Below, piece by piece: positions 1-8,530 of a stretch of 64,000 bases of DNA (position 1 is the first letter of the stretch; each line of letters opens with the position of its first letter). The DNA lies in assembly GCA_016124275.1 (NCBI GenBank), contig WGOA01000014.1, positions 71,833-135,832 of the forward strand, written 5' to 3'. The position numbers and the translations under genes are program-made. A model generated the notes under the pieces. It did not search any database, was not told the DNA's origin, and saw only the letters and a program-made list of their open reading frames with translations. This DNA comes from Bacteroidota bacterium (GTDB lineage: Bacteria; Bacteroidota; Bacteroidia; Chitinophagales; BACL12).

Positions 1-625
1 CTTTGACGGCGTAGCGAACATAGTAGAGCTTATCGCTGACTTCGCGGTAGATGACCTCTTCGTTGCTCAGCGCAGTCTGGGCTTCCGGGTCCCAATTGAT
101 CATGCGCAGCCCTCTGTAAATGAGCCCCTTTTCGTATAAGTCAACAAATACATCCAACACGGCATCGGACAGCGAGGGCTCCATGGTAAAGCTGGTGCGG
201 CTCCAGTCGCAGGAGGCCCCCAGTTTCTTGAGCTGATCCAAGATAATGCCGCCGTAGTTGTCGGTCCATTCCCAGGCGTGTTTGAGGAATTCTTCACGGC
301 TCAGATCTCCTTTTTTGATGCCCGCCGCGCGCAATTTTTGCACCACCTTGGCTTCGGTGGCAATGGAAGCGTGATCCGTGCCGGGAACCCACAACGCATT
401 TTTGCCCTGCATGCGGGCCCTTCGAATTAAAATATCTTGAATAGTATTATTTAATATATGGCCCATGTGCAGCACACCGGTTACATTGGGCGGGGGGATG
501 ACAATGGTGAAGGGTTCGCGGTCATCGGGCACGGAGCGGAAGTACTCTTTTTTAAGCCAATGGGCGTACCATTTGTCCTCAACTTGCGAGGGGTCGTATT
601 GTTTGGGAAGTTCAGGCTGGGCCAT
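1..625 (-). CDS. valS: valyl-tRNA synthetase, N-terminal part (the gene continues past the window start)
   Basis: Absent from the ORF track because it runs off the edge. Hand translation of the reverse strand from ATG (625-623) gives [82 protein letters not shown]. This is the class I HIGH motif in the PPPNVTG-LHMGH context typical of ValRS. Confidence 0.85.
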   Translation of the reverse strand, partial: MAQPELPKQYDPSQVEDKWYAHWLKKEYFRSVPDDREPFTIVIPPPNVTGVLHMGHILNNTIQDILIRRARMQGKNALWVPGTDHASIATEAKVVQKLRAAGIKKGDLSREEFLKHAWEWTDNYGGIILDQLKKLGASCDWSRTSFTMEPSLSDAVLDVFVDLYEKGLIYRGLRMINWDPEAQTALSNEEVIYREVSDKLYYVRYAVK

Positions 626-802
626 GAGAAAGCGAATGAAAAAAGCTGAAGGGGAAACGTTTATCGCGCTGGCGGGAGCATTTTGGCGCTCAAACGCAGA
701 ACCGAGCTGATTTTGCCAGCGCTGCCAGGGCCGCTAAGATACGACATGCAGAAAAAGTGCTGCCGCACGGCAAAGGGTTAAAAGCCTTAGTTTTAACGCT
801 GG

Positions 803-1306
803 ATGCCCAAGATTCTTACCGCCGTTCGGCACGCTAAATCCAGTTGGGATGAGCCAGCTCTGGCCGACCGCGAGCGACCGCTCAACAACCGCGGCCGTCG
901 CGCTGCTCCAGGGGTTGCTCGCTACCTGCTCCGTTTGGAACACTTACCGGACGGCATGTTGTCCAGTCCGGCCCGCCGGGCCTACGAGACCGCCTTGCTT
1001 ATGGCCGGGGTGCTAAGCTTTCCGGAAGCGAATATCCGCCGGGATGAACGCTTGTATTTCGAAGGGGTGGACGGCATCGCTGCGGCGATTCGGGAAACCC
1101 CTGACGAAATCAATCGGCTGTACTTTTTTAGCCACGAACCAGTTATCTCGGCCTTCTGCGATCGTTTTTGCCGCCTGGGCAAGCTGCATTACCCCACCAC
1201 GGCAGTCTGCGCCATGCAGTTTGATGTGGACCACTGGGCAGACCTAGAAGAACGGGGCCGCAAACTGTTTTTTGTCATTCCCAAGATCATTGATCCGTCA
1301 CTCTAA
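803..1306 (+). CDS. SixA-type phosphohistidine phosphatase (histidine phosphatase superfamily)
   Basis: 167-aa ORF with the catalytic RHAKS motif near the N-terminus (ILTAVRHAKSSW), RPLNNRGRR, and a later FFSHEPV string. Lies 36 nt upstream of ppk1 on the same strand. Confidence 0.75.
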   Translation: MPKILTAVRHAKSSWDEPALADRERPLNNRGRRAAPGVARYLLRLEHLPDGMLSSPARRAYETALLMAGVLSFPEANIRRDERLYFEGVDGIAAAIRETPDEINRLYFFSHEPVISAFCDRFCRLGKLHYPTTAVCAMQFDVDHWADLEERGRKLFFVIPKIIDPSL

Positions 1307-1342
1307 CCCCTTTGCGCCTATCAGACAGTTGCTTTTTGCCTG

Positions 1343-3529
1343 ATGTTTTTTGCCAACCTCGAACGGAATTCTATGCCATTGGCCCAAATCAAATACATCA
1401 ATCGGGAGATTTCCTGGCTTTCTTTCAATGAGCGCGTGCTTCAGGAGGCCGAAGATCCTTCTGTACCGCTGTTGGAACGCTTGCGCTTTTTGGGCATTTA
1501 TTCCAACAACCAGGACGAGTTTTTTCGCGTGCGTGTGGCCACGGTGCGGCGTATTGCCAGGCTGAATGAATCTGTCAAAGAGTTTGTTGGCGACCCGGTA
1601 GAGATTCTGGAACAGATTCAGGACACGGTGTTGCGGCAACAGGTGCGTTTTGACAATACGTACAGGGCCCTGATGGAAGAGCTCAAACGGGAGTCCATTT
1701 GGGTCATTCATGAAGGCGAGTTGACACCCAGTCAAGGGCTGTGGGTGCGCAATTATTTTCAGGAGAAAGTTCGATTGAACCTTTTTCCGATCATGATTGA
1801 CAACGTCAAGGATTTTCCTACGTTGCGCGATACGTCCATCTATTTGGCGGTTCGCCTTTTGAACACCCGACAGCCCAGTGAAACCCGCTATTCGTTGATT
1901 GAAATTCCGGACACCCTTCCCCGGTTTGTGGAACTTCCAGAGCGCGGTGGACGCAAATACATTGTTTTGTTGGATGATGTAATCCGCTACAATTTGGACT
2001 CCATTTATTACATATTTCCTCATGATAAAGCGGAGGCCTTTACGATCAAGTTTACCCGCGATTCAGAACTGGACATTGACAACGACCAGACGCTGAGTTA
2101 CATGAAGGCTCTGGAACAGAGCCTCAAGCGCCGCAGGATAGGCGAACCGGTGCGCCTGACGTATGACGAGCAAATGCCCCAGCCCTTTCTGGATTACCTG
2201 ATCGGAAAGATGAAGTTATCGGCAGAGGAAGATGCAATTATTCCCGGTGGACGCTATCATAACTTCAAAGATTTTATGAAGTTTCCACATCTGGGCAGGC
2301 AGGATTTGTTGCACAGCCGACCTCAGCCGCTGAACCATCCGCATTTGCCCGCCGGAAGAAGCATTTATTCGGTCATCCGGGAGCGGGACGTACTGCTGCA
2401 TTTTCCCTTTCAATCGTTCCACTACCTGATTGATTTTCTGCGCGAAGCGGCCATTAACCCTAAGGTGTCGCAGATTCACATGACGCTGTACCGCGCAGCG
2501 GAGAATTCGTCCATCATTCGTGCACTGATCAATGCGGCCCGCAATGGGGTAGATGTTACCGTGGTGGTGGAGTTGCAGGCACGTTTTGATGAAGAGGCCA
2601 ACATTTATTGGGCCAATCATATGCAGGAAGAGGGCATTCGGGTCATTTTTGGGGTCAACCAACTCAAGGTACACGCCAAGCTCTGCTTGATTAAGCGGGT
2701 GGAAGAGGGCAAAGTGGTGGACTATGCCTTCATCTGCACAGGCAATTTCAACGAGGATACGGCTAAAATTTATACGGACATTGCGCTGATGACTACCAAT
2801 CCCAAGATCACGCGGGAGGTGGACAAGGTCTTTAACTTTTTTGAGCGCAACTATTCCCTGAGCAAGTACAAACAGCTGCTCGTGGCTCCTTTTTACCTGC
2901 GCAACCGCATAGGGGTGATCATTCAACACGAGATCAACCATGCGCGCGCTGGTAAGGAAGCCTGGTTGTTTTTCAAGATGAACAGCCTGGTGGACAAGAA
3001 AATGATCAAGAAGTTGTACGAGGCCAGCCAGGCTGGCGTGCATGTTCGGCTCATTATTCGGGGCATTTGTTCCTTGGTTCCGGGGGTAAAGGGGCAAAGC
3101 GAGAACATTGAAGTTATCAGCATTGTGGACAAATACCTGGAGCACGGCCGCGTGTTTCTGGCGTGCAATGGCGAGAAACCGCTGTATTACATCGGCTCGG
3201 CCGATTTGATGACGCGCAACCTGGATTACCGCGTCGAGGTGCTGGTGCCCATCCACGATGCCGAACTTCAACAGCAATTGCGGGATGTGCTGGAGATTCA
3301 GTGGGAAGACAATGTCAAAGCCCGCATCCTGGATGCTGATTTGCGCAATACCTACAAGCCCAGGCGCGCCGATGCCTCCTCCTGGCGTTCCCAGAAGATT
3401 CAATATGCCTATTTTGAGCGATTTTTGGAGCAGGGCCGGGATGCTTCAGCAGCAGATTTGCCCGCTCCTTCAACAAATCCGCCGGATGCTCTGCACGCGG
3501 ATAACTTAACCCCCTCTTCAGGATCGTGA
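1343..3529 (+). CDS. ppk1: polyphosphate kinase 1
   Basis: 728-aa ORF. YINREISWLSFNERVLQEAEDPSVPLLERLRFLGIYSNNQDEFFRVRV is the canonical PPK1 N-terminus. Two PLD-like C-terminal modules are present (KVHAKLCLI, LEHGRVF). ATG at 1373 (MPLAQIKYINRE) is an equally plausible start. Confidence 0.93.
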   Translation: MFFANLERNSMPLAQIKYINREISWLSFNERVLQEAEDPSVPLLERLRFLGIYSNNQDEFFRVRVATVRRIARLNESVKEFVGDPVEILEQIQDTVLRQQVRFDNTYRALMEELKRESIWVIHEGELTPSQGLWVRNYFQEKVRLNLFPIMIDNVKDFPTLRDTSIYLAVRLLNTRQPSETRYSLIEIPDTLPRFVELPERGGRKYIVLLDDVIRYNLDSIYYIFPHDKAEAFTIKFTRDSELDIDNDQTLSYMKALEQSLKRRRIGEPVRLTYDEQMPQPFLDYLIGKMKLSAEEDAIIPGGRYHNFKDFMKFPHLGRQDLLHSRPQPLNHPHLPAGRSIYSVIRERDVLLHFPFQSFHYLIDFLREAAINPKVSQIHMTLYRAAENSSIIRALINAARNGVDVTVVVELQARFDEEANIYWANHMQEEGIRVIFGVNQLKVHAKLCLIKRVEEGKVVDYAFICTGNFNEDTAKIYTDIALMTTNPKITREVDKVFNFFERNYSLSKYKQLLVAPFYLRNRIGVIIQHEINHARAGKEAWLFFKMNSLVDKKMIKKLYEASQAGVHVRLIIRGICSLVPGVKGQSENIEVISIVDKYLEHGRVFLACNGEKPLYYIGSADLMTRNLDYRVEVLVPIHDAELQQQLRDVLEIQWEDNVKARILDADLRNTYKPRRADASSWRSQKIQYAYFERFLEQGRDASAADLPAPSTNPPDALHADNLTPSSGS

Positions 3530-4440
3530 GATTTGCAGCCATTGACATCGGATCCAACGCCGTTCGCTTGTTGATCACCAACGTGTTTGAGCGCGCCAAC
3601 GGACCGCTGTTCATAAAAGACTCACTTTACCGCGTACCGGTTCGTTTGGGCGAAGAGGCTTTTCAGTCGGGCAACTTTACTGAGGAAAAAATCAGCGATC
3701 TGGCCATGACCATGAAAGCTTTCCGGCTGCTCATGGATGTGCACCGCATTTTGGGCTACAAGGCTTTTGCCACCTCCGCAATGCGCGAAGCCAGGAACGG
3801 CGACCTGGCCATCAGCCGCGTTAAGGAAGAAGCCAACATCAACATCGAAGTGATCAGTGGTCAAAAGGAAGCATCGGTCATCCTGCATTCCGAGTTTGGC
3901 AACCGCCATTCAGACCAAACCCGATACTACCTCTACATTGATGTTGGTGGTGGCTCCACCGAGCTGGTTTATTTCCACCAGGGAAAGGTGTTGGCCAGCC
4001 AATCGTTTAGAATTGGTACGTTGCGGGTGCTCAACAACCAGGTTGATCCGGAGACCTGGGCGGAAATGAAGACCTGGATTGAGCAGAATCGGCCTGGCCG
4101 CAGACCGCCCATTACGGCCATCGGCTCCGGCGGAAACATCAACAAGCTCATCAAGGTTTACGGTCGCGCACGCGAGAATTACCTGACGCAGGACCAGGTA
4201 CATCAGGCATTTGAGCACCTGGGCAGCATGTCGTATGGCGAGCGCGTTCGCGATTTGGGATTAAAGCCTGACCGCGCCGACGTTATCCTGCCCGCCACAC
4301 AGATTTTTCTGCGCGTGATGCAATGGGCCAACATACGAAGGGTTATCGTGCCAAAATTCGGGATTTCGGATGGGATTATTGCGGAAGTGTACGAAGAATA
4401 CCGTCAAAGTGCGGAGGTTACCAAAGTACTTCCCATTTAG
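3526..4440 (+). CDS. ppx: exopolyphosphatase, short Ppx/GppA family form
   Basis: 304-aa ORF with ASKHA-fold phosphate motifs AIDIGSNAVRLLI and YIDVGGGSTEL. Its GTG start overlaps the ppk1 stop (GTGA at 3526-3529), suggesting translational coupling. Confidence 0.88.
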   Translation: MRFAAIDIGSNAVRLLITNVFERANGPLFIKDSLYRVPVRLGEEAFQSGNFTEEKISDLAMTMKAFRLLMDVHRILGYKAFATSAMREARNGDLAISRVKEEANINIEVISGQKEASVILHSEFGNRHSDQTRYYLYIDVGGGSTELVYFHQGKVLASQSFRIGTLRVLNNQVDPETWAEMKTWIEQNRPGRRPPITAIGSGGNINKLIKVYGRARENYLTQDQVHQAFEHLGSMSYGERVRDLGLKPDRADVILPATQIFLRVMQWANIRRVIVPKFGISDGIIAEVYEEYRQSAEVTKVLPI

Positions 4441-4453
4441 CGATGCCCGTAAG

Positions 4454-6103
4454 TTAAAAACTGATCTTCATCAGACGGTGCGTCTTTCGGCGCTGGCCAG
4501 CCAAAATAGTAGTTTCGGGGTCTATTTGATTGCTGACTTTTGGTCTTACAATGACCTCAGCATCATCAGAGCTGAATAGCATATCTTTGGTCATGTTTCC
4601 TTGTGCGTCAAACTGCACCAGCATCACCACGCTTTCTTTTCCAGGAATAAAATTCCAATACTTTCCCGGTTTATCTTCTGTCAGGTTTTTTGGGTTGTCG
4701 TTGTACACAATGTAGATTCTGTCGTCAACTTCACTTTGGATAAAGGAAGAGTAGAACCCTCCATCTTCCACAGTGTATTGTCGCTTTGGCACTTTGTGGG
4801 CCCAGTCTATGTCGCCTTTGTTGGAAATGCGCACGACGATGATGTCGTTGTAGTAATAGTGAGTGGTGGTACTTGACGTCGTTATCCCGGTGGTCGATGT
4901 TGTGGTTCTGGTTACCTCTACCACTTTGTATTGTTCGCCAACCAGCAGCCAACCGCCTCCCGGCATTGGAGTTAATTTTCGAAGTTCCATATCAAGGAGA
5001 TCAATTGATTTGCCCTTTTCAGCCTTGCGCTCCATTTTTTCTTCTTGCCTTTCGGTTAATCCTTCCGTCAAAAAGTCCAACTCAAAACTCTTTGTTGAAG
5101 ATTTGGTAACCTGTTTGGTTCTGCCATCCACCATCAGGTAGTAAGTCCCCGTAATATCAAAAGAAGGCGTATTGGAGTAGAAACCGGCAGCGGCGATTTT
5201 CCCATTCTCGTCAATGGCAATGTTCATGTCCGTGATGAATTTGTCATCGAGGCGGATGCTGTATTCCTGCATGGTTTCGGAACCTTTAGGAAATTTGAAA
5301 AGGATGTATTCATAATTTGGCTCACCATCTCGTTTCAATCGTCTGCTTCCTTCGTATCGAATACCGAGCAAATAGGCGTTGCCTTGATCATCTACCCGGA
5401 GTTCCGTTGCATCAAAAAGAAAACTGGGCCAGGGCAGGACCACGTCGCGCGATTGAACCACTTGCATGGCTTCATCAAAGACCTGAATATTCAGCGCTTC
5501 TTCCGTTTTCTTGTTTTCGCCTTCTGCTTTGTAAGGCCAGGTGGAAAGGACGGCTAAAAACTTCTTGGTTTCACTCTGTTCGAATTTGTATTTGGCTTCC
5601 AGGTTCGGATTGGCCAAACCCCCGAGAAGAAAATTGCTTTTGAGGAGTTTTTGTCCTAAGGTAGGCTTTGCCGATTTGGAGACTTCGATCGTTTTTCTGG
5701 AGGGGATAAGCGTATTGGCATGGATCTCCCTGGCATTCAAAACAACATCGTTGTTATCCTCTGATTTGTCAGAGCTGAACATCCAGAGTTTCTCGCCGTG
5801 GATGATGATGGCCTGGTAATCGCCATAGCTTTTCATTTCAAGCGGAATCGAGGTCAACGGATTCATTTTATCATCGTACCGCTCCAGGAAAAAGTCACTT
5901 TTTGTGAGGAGAAATCCGTCTTTTTTAATAACGTATAATTCTTCATTAATTCTTCCAACAATTTCCTGGATGGGAACTCTTGTCTTCCCTTCGTATTCAG
6001 GACCCCAGACTACGTTGACGCCACCATTGGTGGTTTGGGCAATCCCGGAAGAAGGCAGAACAATTATGCCCAAGAGGATTAAAGGAAGCGCGAAAAATTT
6101 CAT
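4454..6103 (-). CDS. secreted hypothetical protein (549 aa), Ser/Thr-rich tract, low-GC gene
   Basis: Long ORF. I place the start at ATG 6103 because MKFFALPLILLGIIVLPSSGIAQ is a good signal peptide, whereas the 61 upstream codons of the track ORF are not protein-like. No family recognised. Contains TRTTTSTTGITTSSTTTH. Confidence 0.75.
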   Translation of the reverse strand: MKFFALPLILLGIIVLPSSGIAQTTNGGVNVVWGPEYEGKTRVPIQEIVGRINEELYVIKKDGFLLTKSDFFLERYDDKMNPLTSIPLEMKSYGDYQAIIIHGEKLWMFSSDKSEDNNDVVLNAREIHANTLIPSRKTIEVSKSAKPTLGQKLLKSNFLLGGLANPNLEAKYKFEQSETKKFLAVLSTWPYKAEGENKKTEEALNIQVFDEAMQVVQSRDVVLPWPSFLFDATELRVDDQGNAYLLGIRYEGSRRLKRDGEPNYEYILFKFPKGSETMQEYSIRLDDKFITDMNIAIDENGKIAAAGFYSNTPSFDITGTYYLMVDGRTKQVTKSSTKSFELDFLTEGLTERQEEKMERKAEKGKSIDLLDMELRKLTPMPGGGWLLVGEQYKVVEVTRTTTSTTGITTSSTTTHYYYNDIIVVRISNKGDIDWAHKVPKRQYTVEDGGFYSSFIQSEVDDRIYIVYNDNPKNLTEDKPGKYWNFIPGKESVVMLVQFDAQGNMTKDMLFSSDDAEVIVRPKVSNQIDPETTILAGQRRKTHRLMKISF

Positions 6104-6133
6104 ACTATGTAATTTATTGTACTGATGACGAGA

Positions 6134-6141
6134 CAAAATTA
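6134..6141 (-). promoter_or_regulatory. candidate Bacteroidota -7 promoter box (TAATTTTG matches TAnnTTTG)
   Basis: The reverse strand reads TAATTTTG 31 nt upstream of ATG 6103, inside an AT-rich 148-nt spacer. No convincing -33 TTTG partner was found. Confidence 0.35.
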
Positions 6142-6251
6142 AAAAATTTATAGTAAATGTTATATGGATCTTGCGCGAACTAATTGTGCTCCACAAGTCA
6201 TTTGTTGGCAGAGCCGTTAAATCCTGGGTGTTCAGAGATACCCTCCCTTTA

Positions 6252-7289
6252 CTACCGATCCGCAATACCCAGCACAACCATGGCAATCAGGGGAAGGGGA
6301 AAATTGCCTTCCACAACCCAGTTGCGGGTGGGGTCTTGCGACCAATGCGGGCCTACTAAGCCGTCTGCCAGGCGCCATTCCTCGTCGGGGTTGTTGTTCC
6401 AGAAGCGGCGCAGAATGCCGTTGTCCCAAATCCATTGATTGGCTGGTTCGGGCGACCAGTAGGGCTTGAGCATGCGCCCGTCCCATATCCATTCCTGGCG
6501 GCTGACCATGCCAAACACCGGCCGGATGTACTGGCCGTCAAAGCTCCATTCGTCATCGCTGCGGATGCCCCAAACCGGCTTGAGGATTTTGCCGTCAAAC
6601 TCCCATTCGTAATAGGGGTTGCCATCCATGTACAAGCGCATCCGGCCTCCAACCGGCAAGTCGGAAGTGCCAGCACCACCCGAACCCTCCCTGGGATAAA
6701 GCGCCGCAATGCGGGCATTGACCTGGCGGTCCAGGTTGTAGTGGAGCACATACTGGTGCAGGCAGGTAAACCACTCCGCTGCGCGGAGTTCTCCTTCTAC
6801 CGCCAACACACCCAGCGAGCGATCGTCAAGACCGCCGCGAATCTCCCAGAACCCCTGTTCCAACGGAATGACCCGCAGCAGCGTTTCTAAATCGGGATCG
6901 CTGAGCTCTCCAAAATACAATACCCCGCGCCCCATGGTAAAGGCTATTTCCTCGCCATCGCTGAAATAAACGTATTGGTCTTTCTTGCCAAAGGGGTCAA
7001 GGATGCCTACCAGGTACACCATGGCTTCGCGAGCTGTGCTGTTTCCCTCAAAAAGCGTGTTGCCCATCAGGTTGAAAGCCACTTGCTCCGGGCCGGTGTA
7101 AAGCGTACCGTCGCGGAATTGACCGATGATGGTGGTGGAATCCACGAACAAGAGGGCCGAAGCGGTTTGGGCAGGGGCAGATCCAGGATCGGCTGGCTGC
7201 GCAGAGCAGGGCAGGAGCCAAAGCAGCAGAAGGAAGGAAAAGGCCGCTGCCTGCCGGAGGCTTTGCCTAAATTTGCGGGTACCGAACAT
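6252..7289 (-). CDS. secreted hypothetical protein with C-terminal tandem Trp-rich repeats
   Basis: 345-aa ORF with signal peptide MFGTRKFRQSLRQAAAFSFLLLLWLLPCSAQ. The C-terminal third holds 5-6 copies of a ~19-aa unit of the form EW-x-W/F-DG-x3-P-x-W. No family recognised. Confidence 0.75.
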   Translation of the reverse strand: MFGTRKFRQSLRQAAAFSFLLLLWLLPCSAQPADPGSAPAQTASALLFVDSTTIIGQFRDGTLYTGPEQVAFNLMGNTLFEGNSTAREAMVYLVGILDPFGKKDQYVYFSDGEEIAFTMGRGVLYFGELSDPDLETLLRVIPLEQGFWEIRGGLDDRSLGVLAVEGELRAAEWFTCLHQYVLHYNLDRQVNARIAALYPREGSGGAGTSDLPVGGRMRLYMDGNPYYEWEFDGKILKPVWGIRSDDEWSFDGQYIRPVFGMVSRQEWIWDGRMLKPYWSPEPANQWIWDNGILRRFWNNNPDEEWRLADGLVGPHWSQDPTRNWVVEGNFPLPLIAMVVLGIADR

Positions 7290-8517
7290 GAAAGTTAAAG
7301 ATACGCATTACAGGTCCGTTTGGGTGGTCGCTGACCAGCCTGCCCGAGTCGGAATTTTGGACCAGCGCCACTTGCCGCACCGCATGGTCACCGAGCACCT
7401 GGAAACGCCGGCGCAGGTGTTTACGGCCATTCGGGAAATGCACACTCGCGGAGCGCCGCTGATTGGTGCCGTGGCGGCTTACGGGGTCTGGTTGGCAGCG
7501 GCCAACGGGTACGCAAGCGCGTTTCCGGATAGCCATTTTTCGGGCGAAGGGCTCTCGTCCCGCTCCAAAACCGGGGAGACAGCCCTGGACGCGGCATCGC
7601 TGTTGAACGTGTGCGATGAGCTGGATCAGGCGCGGCCCACGGCAGTGAACCTGGCCTGGGCACTGGAGCGGCAACGTCGTGTGATCCGCGCGGCCCTTCG
7701 ACCAGAACAGTTCGCAGAAACCAACGGACCAGCTTCTGCAAAAGCCCTGGCTCAAGCCCTCCTGCAGGAAGCTAACTGCATAGCCGACGAAGACGTGGCC
7801 TGCTGCGAAGCCATCGGCCGGCACGGCCTGGCGCTCATCCGGGATTTGCACAACCGCCATCCAGACCGCCCTGTGCAGATCCTGACCCATTGCAACGCCG
7901 GGTGGCTGGCCACGGTGGACTGGGGCACAGCTACTTCTCCGATGTACCAGGCACACGATGCGGGCATTCCTATCCACGTTTGGGTGGACGAAACCCGGCC
8001 GCGGAACCAGGGTGCGCAACTGACGGCCTGGGAACTGGGCCAGCACGGCATTCCGCATACCCTCATCGCGGACAATGCCGGCGGGCACCTTATGCAGCAC
8101 GGCCAGGTGGACCTGGTCATCGTGGGCACAGACCGCACCACGCGCAGCGGTGATGTGGCCAACAAAATCGGCACCTACCTCAAGGCGCTGGCTGCCCGCG
8201 ACAACGGCGTTCCTTTTTACGTGGCCCTTCCCTCGAGCACCATTGACTGGTCGCTCCGCGATGGTCTGCACGGCATTCCTATTGAAGCGCGAAGCGGCGA
8301 GGAAGTCCGCTGGGTACAAGGCTTGGATCGGGCAGGTCTTCCGGGCGAAGTGCTGATCTGTCCTGAAGCAACGCCTGCGGGTAATCCCGCCTTTGATGTC
8401 ACCCCTGCCCGCCTGGTCAGCGGCCTGATCACCGAGCGCGGTATTTGTGAAGCCGGCGAGGCCGGGCTGTTGCGGTTGTTCCCTGAGCACCAGGGCACAG
8501 CGGTGCAGTCTGCATAA
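7288..8517 (+). CDS. mtnA: S-methyl-5-thioribose-1-phosphate isomerase (eIF-2B alpha/beta/delta family)
   Basis: Start set at ATG 7288 (MKVKDTHYRSVWVVADQPARVGILDQRHLPH). Family strings: TRGAPLIGAVAAYG, ILTHCNAGWLATVDWGTA, VGTDRTTRSGDVANKIGTY. The 54 upstream codons of the track ORF are not protein-like. Confidence 0.85.
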   Translation: MKVKDTHYRSVWVVADQPARVGILDQRHLPHRMVTEHLETPAQVFTAIREMHTRGAPLIGAVAAYGVWLAAANGYASAFPDSHFSGEGLSSRSKTGETALDAASLLNVCDELDQARPTAVNLAWALERQRRVIRAALRPEQFAETNGPASAKALAQALLQEANCIADEDVACCEAIGRHGLALIRDLHNRHPDRPVQILTHCNAGWLATVDWGTATSPMYQAHDAGIPIHVWVDETRPRNQGAQLTAWELGQHGIPHTLIADNAGGHLMQHGQVDLVIVGTDRTTRSGDVANKIGTYLKALAARDNGVPFYVALPSSTIDWSLRDGLHGIPIEARSGEEVRWVQGLDRAGLPGEVLICPEATPAGNPAFDVTPARLVSGLITERGICEAGEAGLLRLFPEHQGTAVQSA

Positions 8518-8530
8518 CATTTTATATAGT

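Noticed and set aside
7267-8520. 417-aa ORF on the minus strand, exactly antisense to mtnA.
   Set aside because: It is Arg/Ala/Gly/Pro-rich with no motifs, which is typical of a shadow ORF in high-GC coding DNA. The plus-strand frame has clear MtnA motifs.
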